IMG/VR virus record: IMGVR_UViG_3300042549_004104
Coordinates: 96,001 to 160,000 of that record
Length of the DNA stretch: 64,000 bases
Source of the DNA: a virus
Taxonomy: Duplodnaviria > Heunggongvirae > Uroviricota > Caudoviricetes
Direction: 5' to 3' (one strand)
A program made the position numbers and the translations under genes. Positions 50,886-59,173 of the stretch are shown one piece after another; position 1 is the stretch's first letter, and every line of letters starts with the position of its first letter. A model generated the notes under the pieces. That model was given only the letters and a program-made list of their open reading frames with translations. It had not been told where the DNA came from and did not search any database.

Positions 50886-51746
50886 ATGGATAAAATATTA
50901 ATTTGCCAACCAGTAGGTGGAATCAATGACATGTTATGTCAAATTGGAATGTGTATTGAATATTCAGAAAAATTCAATAGAAAATTAATTATAGATACTA
51001 CTAAATCTGATTTGAATGACCATTTTTCACATTATTTTGAAACCAATGACTTGGGTAAAAACATACAAATAGAACTGAGTATGAAGCAAATTAATACTTT
51101 TTATAATGATCCTTTATTTCCTAAAGATTGTTATCTAACTCATAGTGAACACTTATATCCAATGTCAGTTCCATTAGACAGAGACTATAAAGATAAATTT
51201 TTATTGCATAGAACATGGGGCGGAGGAATAATGTCATTGTATGCATTAAAGTATTTTAAACTTCAGGATTACTTAATTAATAGAATTAAAAAAAGAAAAA
51301 AGTCTTTAGGAACGTATCATGCAATATTGATAAGACATACTGATTACAATACAGATTACAAGAACGCATTGAATGAAATTAAAGATATGAATTTACAAAC
51401 GCCTCTATATGTTTTTACTGATAGCACTGAGGTTCAAGAATATGCTAGAACTTTAAAATTTAAAAAATTAATTGTCAATGAAAATATATACAAAGGAACG
51501 ATGAATCATATTCCAATTATGCACTATTCAAGACTAGATCCAATGATTCTTCCATTTCAAATAAATGATGAAGTGTTAATGGATTTATTTTTAAGTAGTT
51601 TGTCAGAACATATTTACCCAACATATGTCACTGGATACCAAAACAATAATCAATATGCTGATATTAAATTTAAAAGTGGTTTTGTAAATTTAGCCATTGA
51701 ATTGAATAATGATAAAAAATTATTAAACAATATACTAGGAAATTAA
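50886..51746 (+). CDS. Fucosyltransferase-like (NodZ/O-FucT-type GT-B) protein
   Basis: GGINDMLCQI, HAILIRHTDY, YVFTDS, DLFLSS, SGF motifs; the track start lies inside the terminator, so ATG 50886 (or 50868) is preferred. Confidence 0.6.
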   Translation: MDKILICQPVGGINDMLCQIGMCIEYSEKFNRKLIIDTTKSDLNDHFSHYFETNDLGKNIQIELSMKQINTFYNDPLFPKDCYLTHSEHLYPMSVPLDRDYKDKFLLHRTWGGGIMSLYALKYFKLQDYLINRIKKRKKSLGTYHAILIRHTDYNTDYKNALNEIKDMNLQTPLYVFTDSTEVQEYARTLKFKKLIVNENIYKGTMNHIPIMHYSRLDPMILPFQINDEVLMDLFLSSLSEHIYPTYVTGYQNNNQYADIKFKSGFVNLAIELNNDKKLLNNILGN

Positions 51747-51755
51747 CCTTTTTCT

Positions 51756-51785
51756 TTGACTTATTGTCTCAATAATATATACTAT
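51756..51785 (+). promoter_or_regulatory. Sigma70-type promoter
   Basis: TTGACT with TATACT/TACTAT 16-18 nt downstream, just before ATG 51790. Confidence 0.5.
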
Positions 51786-51789
51786 GCAC

Positions 51790-52080
51790 ATGAGTACTGA
51801 ACAAGATAAATTTAACCATTCTAAGCGTTTACTCAAGGATGAAAACGCAATTAAGAAACAAACCAAGATTGCTAAGGCAGCAGGTATAAAAGTTGACGAA
51901 CCGCATAAGTTTGCTAAACACCATGCACTGGATTGCGGTAATCCAGAATGTTTTTTATGCGGTAATCCTAGAAAAACGCATAAAGATAAATTAACTCAAC
52001 AAGAAAAACGTTTATTTCAGGATGTAGACCAAGTACGTGATAAACATAGTAATGGTCTAAGTAAAAATAAAGATGATTGA
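51790..52080 (+). CDS. Hypothetical Cys-motif protein
   Basis: KHHALDCGNPECFLCGNPRK, a probable zinc site. Confidence 0.65.
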   Translation: MSTEQDKFNHSKRLLKDENAIKKQTKIAKAAGIKVDEPHKFAKHHALDCGNPECFLCGNPRKTHKDKLTQQEKRLFQDVDQVRDKHSNGLSKNKDD

Positions 52081-52137
52081 TTAATTAATAAATATATTGC
52101 GTCAAATTTGACGCACTAACACTTAAAGGAGACACAC

Positions 52138-52617
52138 ATGCCGTTTGAGAAGGTATCAACTACATTACAGAATTTAGAAAGCGCACTTGCTGGTGAGTCA
52201 ATGGCTCATATCAAGTATCGTTATTTCGCTAAGATTGCCCGTGAAGAAGGTCATGAAGAAATTGCAAAGCATTTCGAACATACCGCAGATCAGGAAATCT
52301 TACATGCTTGGGGTCACTTGGAATTATTAATCGGTAAACCAAGTACCAAAGAATGTTTACAGAAAGCAATTGACGGGGAAACATACGAGTTTACTACAAT
52401 GTATCCGGGGTTTGAAACCGAAGCTAAAGCTGAGAATAACCAAATTGCATTGAATGAATTCAGAAACCAAATCAGTGAAAGTGCTGAACACGCCGACCAG
52501 TTTAAGGCTTTGTTAGTTAAAGCTGAAAAACGTTTCAGTGCTTTAAAACGTGTAGAAGAACGTCATGCGGCTGCATATCAAGATAAGTTAAATTCAGTTA
52601 CCTTCCCGGTAATCTAA
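52138..52617 (+). CDS. Rubrerythrin (ferritin-like diiron domain)
   Basis: ALAGESMAHIKY, QEILH, GETYE...MYP, ESAEH; AAGGAG RBS. Confidence 0.9.
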   Translation: MPFEKVSTTLQNLESALAGESMAHIKYRYFAKIAREEGHEEIAKHFEHTADQEILHAWGHLELLIGKPSTKECLQKAIDGETYEFTTMYPGFETEAKAENNQIALNEFRNQISESAEHADQFKALLVKAEKRFSALKRVEERHAAAYQDKLNSVTFPVI

Positions 52618-52630
52618 TAAGGAGAATATA

Positions 52631-52759
52631 ATGGAACATATTTGTATTGTTTGTGGACATATCCACGATGAGGAAACAGAAGGTAAATGGGAAGAATTGC
52701 CAGAATCGTTTACTTGCCCCGAATGCGGAGTGGGTAAAGAAGATTACGAGATTATTTAA
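52631..52759 (+). CDS. Rubredoxin (42 aa)
   Basis: MEHICIVCGHIHDE...WEELPESFTCPECGVGKEDY; TAAGGAG RBS; absent from the ORF track. Confidence 0.9.
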   Translation: MEHICIVCGHIHDEETEGKWEELPESFTCPECGVGKEDYEII

Positions 52760-52790
52760 GATAAATACTACTTTAGAAGAGGGGACTACT

Positions 52791-52862
52791 ATGTGGACTA
52801 AACCAACAGCAATTGATATGCGTTTCGGTTTCGAAATCACAATGTATATTGCTAATCGCTGA
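52791..52862 (+). CDS. pqqA: Pyrroloquinoline quinone precursor peptide PqqA
   Basis: MWTKPTAIDMRFGFEITMYIANR with the E-x-x-x-Y core; GAGGGG RBS; late motif at 52761. Confidence 0.92.
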   Translation: MWTKPTAIDMRFGFEITMYIANR

Positions 52863-52878
52863 TATATACACTTGTTTT

Positions 52879-52903
52879 AAGGGGCTACATTGTAGCCCTT
52901 TTT
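52879..52903 (+). terminator. Intrinsic terminator after pqqA
   Basis: GGGCTAC-ATT-GTAGCCC-TTTTT. Confidence 0.8.
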
Positions 52904-52936
52904 GTGCCTAAAATACACAGTACTAAATAATACACA

Positions 52937-53587
52937 ATGAAGCCAAAAGTAGCCCTGTTCGTATATGATCCCAAATGTTCCGTGCAATCTGGAAACGGAA
53001 TTATGAAGGCACTAGGGGAACAATATAATTTCAGACTGTTCTCTAAGAACGAAATGGAACAGGGTTTTTTTGATGATATTGATTTAGTTATATTTCCCGG
53101 TGGATTTGGAGACAGTGATAGCTACGATAGACTATTAAAAGATAACAAAGAAGCTATCATTAACTATGTTGATAAAGGTGGTCATTATCTTGGAATATGT
53201 ATGGGAGCCTACTGGGCCGGATCACATTATTTCAACATCTTAAAAGATGTTGACGCAGTGCAATATTTCAAACGTCCCGAAACTGATACACGAAGACCAC
53301 ATGCAAAAAACATAGCAGTTACTTGGGAAGACAAACCGATGAACATGTTTTGGTATGATGGATGTGCATTAGTTGGTGATAATACTAAGTATGAAACTAT
53401 CTCAACATATAACAACGGTGATAGTATGGCTATCATACAAGATAACATAGGTTTAATTGGTTGTCATCCTGAAAGTGAGCAGTTCTGGTATGATAATTAC
53501 AGTTGGATGAAGGGTAAGTATCATAATGGAGAACATCATAACATTTTATTAAACTTTGTCAATAAGTTAATGAAACGGGACAATTAA
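52937..53587 (+). CDS. BPL-N-like class I glutamine amidotransferase-fold protein
   Basis: FPGG, YLGICMGAY, HPE. Confidence 0.75.
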   Translation: MKPKVALFVYDPKCSVQSGNGIMKALGEQYNFRLFSKNEMEQGFFDDIDLVIFPGGFGDSDSYDRLLKDNKEAIINYVDKGGHYLGICMGAYWAGSHYFNILKDVDAVQYFKRPETDTRRPHAKNIAVTWEDKPMNMFWYDGCALVGDNTKYETISTYNNGDSMAIIQDNIGLIGCHPESEQFWYDNYSWMKGKYHNGEHHNILLNFVNKLMKRDN

Positions 53588-53593
53588 TTATAA

Positions 53594-53611
53594 TTGTCAC
53601 TGAATTGTCAC
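53594..53611 (+). promoter_or_regulatory. Pho box
   Basis: TTGTCAC-TGAA-TTGTCAC direct repeat with 11-bp period upstream of pstS. Confidence 0.8.
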
Positions 53612-53661
53612 ATAATTCCTTCTAAATATTAGTGTAGTATAAATTTATAAGGAGACAATAA

Positions 53662-54672
53662 ATGAAACTATCAGCAATTCTAGTGACCTTATTACTGGTC
53701 ACGGGTATCACACAAGCACAGACAATTACAGGGGCAGGCGCGACTTTCCCCTTTCCCATTTATAGTAAGTGGGCTGAAATCTATAGCGAAAAACACGATG
53801 TTCAATTAAATTACCAAAGCATCGGTAGTTCAGGTGGATTACGACAAATAAAAGCTAAGACAGTAACTTTTGGCGCAACAGATGCACCCATGTCAGGTGC
53901 AGAATTAGAAAAAGAAGGATTGGTTCAGTTCCCTGCTATAATCGGTGGCACTGTGCCTATTGTAAATCTACAAGGATTTAAACCAGGTGAATTGAGAATC
54001 ACCGGTCAAATATTAGCAGAAATTTTCTTGGGTGACATATCTAAATGGAACGATGCTAAGATACTAGCTCTCAATCCAGGTAAGGCATTACCAGATCAAA
54101 CTATTACTGTTGTACATCGTGCAGATGGTTCAGGCACTACTTTTAACTGGACTGATTATCTCAGTACAGCAAGTCCACAGTGGTTAGAGCGTGTGGGTCG
54201 TGGAGCCGCTGTAAAATGGCCTGCACCAACTTCTGTTGGTGGTAAGGGCAATGAGGGTGTTGCAGCCAATGTAGCACGTGTCAAAGGTTCTATTGGCTAC
54301 GTTGAATATGCTTATGTGAAGAAAAACAAATTGGTGTTCATGCAAATGCAGAATCGCAATGGTCGTTGGGTATCACCAGATGACACTACATTCGCTGCCG
54401 CGGCTGCTGGTGCTGATTGGTTTAGTATACCTGGAATGGGTCTAAGCATCGTGGATCAAAAGGGAGACGCAGTGTGGCCAGTGACCACTGCCAGTTTTAT
54501 TCTTATGTACAAGGATCCTGCAGACCGACGTCAAAGTGCCGAAGCATTAAAATTCTTTGATTGGGCGTTTAAGAATGGGCAAAAGGCAGCAGTAGATTTG
54601 GACTACGTACCATTGCCAGACACCCTGACTCAACAGATTCGTGACCGTGTTTGGGTACAAATTAAGAAATAA
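53662..54672 (+). CDS. pstS: Phosphate ABC transporter substrate-binding protein
   Basis: Signal peptide, GAGATFP, YQSIGS, FGATD, HRADGSGTT, GKGNEGV, IGYVE. Confidence 0.95.
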   Translation: MKLSAILVTLLLVTGITQAQTITGAGATFPFPIYSKWAEIYSEKHDVQLNYQSIGSSGGLRQIKAKTVTFGATDAPMSGAELEKEGLVQFPAIIGGTVPIVNLQGFKPGELRITGQILAEIFLGDISKWNDAKILALNPGKALPDQTITVVHRADGSGTTFNWTDYLSTASPQWLERVGRGAAVKWPAPTSVGGKGNEGVAANVARVKGSIGYVEYAYVKKNKLVFMQMQNRNGRWVSPDDTTFAAAAAGADWFSIPGMGLSIVDQKGDAVWPVTTASFILMYKDPADRRQSAEALKFFDWAFKNGQKAAVDLDYVPLPDTLTQQIRDRVWVQIKK

Positions 54673-54676
54673 AAGG

Positions 54677-54705
54677 TTGACTTTATACAGTCATAAGTAT
54701 ATAAT
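54677..54705 (+). promoter_or_regulatory. Near-consensus sigma70 promoter with an embedded late motif
   Basis: TTGACT-17 nt-TATAAT; ATAAGTA at 54693-54699. Confidence 0.8.
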
Positions 54706-54742
54706 CACAGATTAGACACAGTAAATTAACAAAGGAGAAATT

Positions 54743-55300
54743 ATGAAATTTACAAAAGCAATCGCAGCCGCACTTTTGATGGCAGCAACCAGTACAGCAT
54801 TTGCTAATGGCTATGCTACTTATGAGTATAGTGAAGAAGAAAACCGTGCAACCAGCGCCAACAACATTGCCAACGCAGTGGTAGTTGGCTTTAAAGCTGC
54901 TGAAGGTTGGGACTACAGTCTCAAAAGCAACACCAGCCAAACTGCATTGGGTTCAGGTTCAATTAGTTCAGGTCTAGAAGTTCGTGCTAGAAAATCTATG
55001 GGCATGTTTTACTTGGGTGGACGCCTAGGTGAACGCATTACCAGCAGCACACACTTCAGCACCTATGCCATTGACGCAGGTGTTAAGTTTCCTTTGGCAG
55101 CTGGTTTTACTGGTGATGTAGGCGGACGCTATCGCAATGCACTTGACAGCGACACTAACAGTACTTACGAAACCCAACGTGTACATGCTACTGTAGGTTA
55201 TGCATTGACTAAAAAAGACGCAGTAGCGGTTCGTTTTTCACGTAGCTACGGTGACGAAGAAAAAGATGCATGGCGTTTAAGCTATACACGTAGTTTCTAA
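54743..55300 (+). CDS. Outer-membrane beta-barrel protein (small porin)
   Basis: Signal peptide ending AFA, amphipathic beta strands, C-terminal YTRSF. Confidence 0.75.
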   Translation: MKFTKAIAAALLMAATSTAFANGYATYEYSEEENRATSANNIANAVVVGFKAAEGWDYSLKSNTSQTALGSGSISSGLEVRARKSMGMFYLGGRLGERITSSTHFSTYAIDAGVKFPLAAGFTGDVGGRYRNALDSDTNSTYETQRVHATVGYALTKKDAVAVRFSRSYGDEEKDAWRLSYTRSF

Positions 55301-55346
55301 ATCGACCGCAAAGATTGAGCGGACACTGGAACTCGTAACCAGAACT

Positions 55347-55368
55347 AAGACCCGAAAGGGTCTTTTTT
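55347..55368 (+). terminator. Intrinsic terminator after the porin gene
   Basis: AAGACCC-GAAA-GGGTCTT-TTTT. Confidence 0.85.
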
Positions 55369-55433
55369 AATGGGTAATATAAGCAGAATAATTAAAAGTA
55401 ATTGTACTAAATATTAATTTAGAAGGAGCCATT

Positions 55434-55736
55434 ATGCGAAAAATAGCAATGGCGTTCCTATTCTGCCTAACTAGCTCTATAGCAAACGCCCAGGAGACCA
55501 TTGATTTAACTAAACCAATGAAATGTTCAGACGCACAAACAGTAATGAATTATTTTGTTGACACACATAAAGAAACACCAATCTGGGTTGGCAAATCAGT
55601 ACACAATACACATATAACATTAATGATGAATAAAGAAACACGTTCATGGACTGTTATAGAATATGATTCTAGACTAGCATGTGTATTAGGTGCCGGCGAA
55701 GAAAAATCAGCTAGCGATCCAAACTTAGGCATATGA
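55434..55736 (+). CDS. Secreted hypothetical protein
   Basis: AAGGAG RBS, signal peptide, two Cys in the mature part. Confidence 0.65.
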   Translation: MRKIAMAFLFCLTSSIANAQETIDLTKPMKCSDAQTVMNYFVDTHKETPIWVGKSVHNTHITLMMNKETRSWTVIEYDSRLACVLGAGEEKSASDPNLGI

Positions 55737-55823
55737 CTCAACAGTTATTGATACAAATCAATAATTAAATAATATTATAGTACACCAATAATAACAATAA
55801 AAAAGGGAACTATAATATTCTAA

Positions 55824-56129
55824 ATGAAAACTATAAACAAGGTGTTAATCGGGCTGGCTACAGTAACAACAGTATTAGCACCTTTAGTTCCAAAAAATAT
55901 CAATATTAATATTAATCTTGAATCACCAAGGGCATTTAAAGAAAAATCTTATAAATTAGTGAATACCACTTGCGACTTAAAAAATAATAATACTACTGAT
56001 TCAGGAATGCAAGTATGTGAATACACTTGTAGGGGAGGTGACAAAGTTACGGTGTACAAAACATTTCGTTCAAATGCAGTAAATTGTCCCTCTACCACAC
56101 GTGAAAATATAAAGGAAACTTCACGTTAA
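55824..56129 (+). CDS. Membrane-anchored Cys-containing hypothetical protein
   Basis: N-terminal hydrophobic segment; TCDL...CEYTC...CP. Confidence 0.55.
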   Translation: MKTINKVLIGLATVTTVLAPLVPKNINININLESPRAFKEKSYKLVNTTCDLKNNNTTDSGMQVCEYTCRGGDKVTVYKTFRSNAVNCPSTTRENIKETSR

Positions 56130-56141
56130 TTAAATAGATTA

Positions 56142-56396
56142 ATGAAGATAGAAACATCACTTGATTGGAAAAACATTTCGAATAAGTTACATGCTCAATT
56201 GAATAATTTACCCTACAATTCTGACCTACACAAAATGTTAAAAAACATTGATAAGATGGTTGATGACTTGAGTAAACTAGAAGTTACTGCTAGACGTATT
56301 CGCAATACATCGTATCTATCTGATAAAATTTCAGATATTAACAAATCCATTAACCATTTAGAAAAACTAATAGTAGTGGCAAATCTAATGAGATAA
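56142..56396 (+). CDS. Hypothetical coiled-coil protein
   Basis: TTAAATA 5 nt before the ATG. Confidence 0.55.
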   Translation: MKIETSLDWKNISNKLHAQLNNLPYNSDLHKMLKNIDKMVDDLSKLEVTARRIRNTSYLSDKISDINKSINHLEKLIVVANLMR

Positions 56397-56540
56397 TGTA
56401 TTATCTTCAATAATTATTGGTTCAGGTCCAGGAATAAACTTATCTTGTACTTCATCATATGTTTGTAGTCGCAGTTAAGCTGCCTACTGTGAAGCTACCT
56501 GAAGTGTTTACCATAATGGTTCTAATTGTGTTAATGCCAT
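56385..56540 (-). pseudogene. Frameshifted deletion remnant of a fibre gene fused to another gene's 3' end
   Basis: AGGA-ATG MALTQLEP, frameshift, MVNTSGSFTVGSLTATTN, then in another frame TYDEVQDKFIPGPEP... Confidence 0.5.
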
Positions 56541-56549
56541 TGTTTATCC

Positions 56550-57401
56550 TTATAATTGGTCTGTCGTTAATGTATTAGGGAATGCACGGCCGGTTCCCCA
56601 TATGATACGAACTGCGCCACCACCACCATAATTATTTGTTGTGCCTGTAAAATGTCCAGCACTTCCGCCACCATATGCTCCACCATTTCGGCTTCGAGTA
56701 GCAGAATTACCGCCTCCACCAGAGCCACCGCCACCTTGATATCCGGTTAAGCTACCACTGTCGTATCCTGCCGGATTTGCTACACCATTTGCGCCTTGGC
56801 CAAGGATGCCAACTCCGCCACCACCACCACCACCGGGGCTTGGTGATCCCACTGCACCGCCGCCACCGCCGCCACCAGAGCCGGCAACGCCTGCATACGG
56901 TGGGCTATCATTACTTCCTCCACCTTTGCCACCGGCACCAGCGTATCCCCCGGCACCACCGCCACCTGAAGCACTGCCGGCTGTACTAGTTCCGCCGGCT
57001 CCTCCGTTGCCGCCGCCATCTCCTGCATATGTTCCACCTGCACCACCTAAACTAGCTGTGCCGTTGCCGCCGGCGCCACCCTTAACAGTGACTGCTGATA
57101 TAAAATAAGAATCTGTTCCGGTACCAGCACCACCTACTACTACTGTATAACTTTGACCAGGTGTTACGGAAATATTATTTTTCCAACCAAGACCACCACC
57201 GCCGCCGCCTTCATTTGGCATAGTGATCCCATAACCCAGTCCGCCAGGACCGACACATACTACACAAACACTAGTTATCCCTGCAGGTGCTGTCCAACTA
57301 TATGTACCGAGAGTTGTATATGCTTGTTGTCCGGCTGGCACAACTCCACCGCCGCCACCTGCAAACCATATCCTTGATCCAGAAAATGAATTAATTCTCA
57401 T
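56550..57401 (-). CDS. Glycine-rich tail-fibre-associated protein
   Basis: Start ATG 57401; GQQAYTT.GTYSW.APAG...GGGGGL...GAVRIIWG..R.FP. Confidence 0.7.
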   Translation of the reverse strand: MRINSFSGSRIWFAGGGGGVVPAGQQAYTTLGTYSWTAPAGITSVCVVCVGPGGLGYGITMPNEGGGGGGLGWKNNISVTPGQSYTVVVGGAGTGTDSYFISAVTVKGGAGGNGTASLGGAGGTYAGDGGGNGGAGGTSTAGSASGGGGAGGYAGAGGKGGGSNDSPPYAGVAGSGGGGGGGAVGSPSPGGGGGGGVGILGQGANGVANPAGYDSGSLTGYQGGGGSGGGGNSATRSRNGGAYGGGSAGHFTGTTNNYGGGGAVRIIWGTGRAFPNTLTTDQL

Positions 57402-57406
57402 TATAA

Positions 57407-59074
57407 TTATCCATAATTTACTGAGGCTTGGCCAAGAACGATCCAAGCAGATCCAGTTCTTATTAAACTAAATGATATTATATCTATCTTGTTTGCAGTA
57501 CCGGTAGGTGCGGCAGATCCAATCCATTTAATAGTTTGAGCAACACCGCCGATTTGTACCGCATTTGATATATAAGGTGTGGCGCCTTGAGTAATTATAA
57601 GAGTTGCCATTAATACTCTACTATTAGTTGTAGGAACATTGGTAAAATTTGCTGTAAAATTTGCGGCAGGAGTAGTATGATAAAACACTCCACCATTAGA
57701 TACATCATGTGCAACCACTCCTGTTGCTCCGGTTAATGTTAAAAGAATGTCAGAAGTTAATCCATACGAGCTTTCACCAGATACAATTAAACTTGTTAAC
57801 GTACCAACTGACGTTATATTAGGTTGTGCGTTTGTAGTTACAGTACCTGCTGTATTTGCGGCTGTAGCTAAAGGTACATAACCACTTACGTTAGCACCAG
57901 TTAAACTTGTTAATGTACTACCATTACCAATGAAATAGTTAGCAGAGACATTACCTGTATAACTTGGTAAATATGCGGCTACGTTTGTATTTGAATAACT
58001 TGTAGTTATACCAGTTAATTGACTACCGTTACCAATGAAGTAATTAGCAGATACGTTACCAGTGACAGTAAGAGTTGTTAAATTACCGACACTTGTAATA
58101 TTAGGTTGAGCCGCAGTTGTTAATGTTCCTGTAAAATAATTAGCACTTATTAAATTAGCACCAGTCATTGAACCACCGGTTGCTGCCCCTACGGATAAAA
58201 TTCCAGTTGCTTTGTTAAATGTAAAATTTGAGTTTGCACCTAAAACACCATTGTCGTTAAATTGTACTTGTGTGTTGCTACCAGCTGGGCTTGCTGTTAG
58301 ACCAGTTAATTGACTACCGTTACCTGTAAAATAGTTACCTGATACATTACCTGTTACTGATAAACTACTTAATGTACCTACACTAGTAATATTTGGTTGT
58401 GCATTTGTTGTTATAGTACCTGCTGTAGTTGCTGAATTCGCAACATTTGCATTTGGTACATAACCACTTACGTTAGCACCAGTTATATTTGTTAATTGAC
58501 TACCATTACCTATAAAGTAATTTGCACTTACATTACCTGTATATGTTGGTAGATATGCGGCTACGTTTGTATTTGAATAACTTGCAGGTAAGCCAGTTAA
58601 TTGACTACCATTACCAATAAAATAGTTACCGGCTACATTACCTGTATATGTTGGTAGATATGCGGCTACGTTTGTATTTGAATAACTTGCAGGTAAGCCA
58701 GTTAATTGACTACCATTACCAATGAAATAGTTTGCTGACACATTACCTGTATAAGTTGGTAGATATGCGGCTACGTTTGTGTTACTATAGCTTGCAGGTA
58801 ATCCGGTTAATTGACTACCATTACCAATGAAGTAATTTGCAGATATGTTACCTGTATAAGTTGGTAGATATGCGGCTACGTTTGTGTTACTATAGCTTGC
58901 AGGTAATCCGGTCAATAAACTACCATTACCAATGAAGTAATTTGCTGTTGCAGAATTTCCTAAATTACTATTAGTATTACTTCCAGTAACCAAATTACCG
59001 GAAACATTTAAGTTAGCAAATGTGAACGTTGCTGTTGAGTTGATTGATGACGGTTCTAGTACAGTGAATGACAT
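57407..59074 (-). CDS. Tail fibre protein with tandem repeats
   Basis: ANYFIGNGSQLTG and AQPNITSVG repeats; C-terminal WIGSAAPTGTANKIDIISF domain. Confidence 0.75.
   Translation of the reverse strand: MSFTVLEPSSINSTATFTFANLNVSGNLVTGSNTNSNLGNSATANYFIGNGSLLTGLPASYSNTNVAAYLPTYTGNISANYFIGNGSQLTGLPASYSNTNVAAYLPTYTGNVSANYFIGNGSQLTGLPASYSNTNVAAYLPTYTGNVAGNYFIGNGSQLTGLPASYSNTNVAAYLPTYTGNVSANYFIGNGSQLTNITGANVSGYVPNANVANSATTAGTITTNAQPNITSVGTLSSLSVTGNVSGNYFTGNGSQLTGLTASPAGSNTQVQFNDNGVLGANSNFTFNKATGILSVGAATGGSMTGANLISANYFTGTLTTAAQPNITSVGNLTTLTVTGNVSANYFIGNGSQLTGITTSYSNTNVAAYLPSYTGNVSANYFIGNGSTLTSLTGANVSGYVPLATAANTAGTVTTNAQPNITSVGTLTSLIVSGESSYGLTSDILLTLTGATGVVAHDVSNGGVFYHTTPAANFTANFTNVPTTNSRVLMATLIITQGATPYISNAVQIGGVAQTIKWIGSAAPTGTANKIDIISFSLIRTGSAWIVLGQASVNYG
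58495..58945 (-). repeat. 105-bp (35-aa) coding tandem repeat, about 4.3 copies
   Basis: YFIGNGSQLTGLPASYSNTNVAAYLPTYTGNVSAN, near-identical at DNA level. Confidence 0.9.
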
Positions 59075-59173
59075 ATGTTTTGTTCTTTATTCTATTTATG
59101 CATATTACATAGTCAATTTTTGACCATGACCTGCTAATTATTGGACTCTAAAATAATCACCAACCCAAAGAAG

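Noticed and set aside
52598-52862. 71-aa plus and 80-aa minus ORFs
   Set aside because: The real genes are rubredoxin (52631-52759) and pqqA (52791-52862).
56777-57108. Polyproline and His/Arg-rich ORFs
   Set aside because: Antisense or alternate-frame readings of the glycine-rich gene.
58495-58945. CRISPR array or DGR repeats
   Set aside because: In-frame coding tandem repeats with no unique spacers, no evident adenine-specific variation, and no cas or RT genes.
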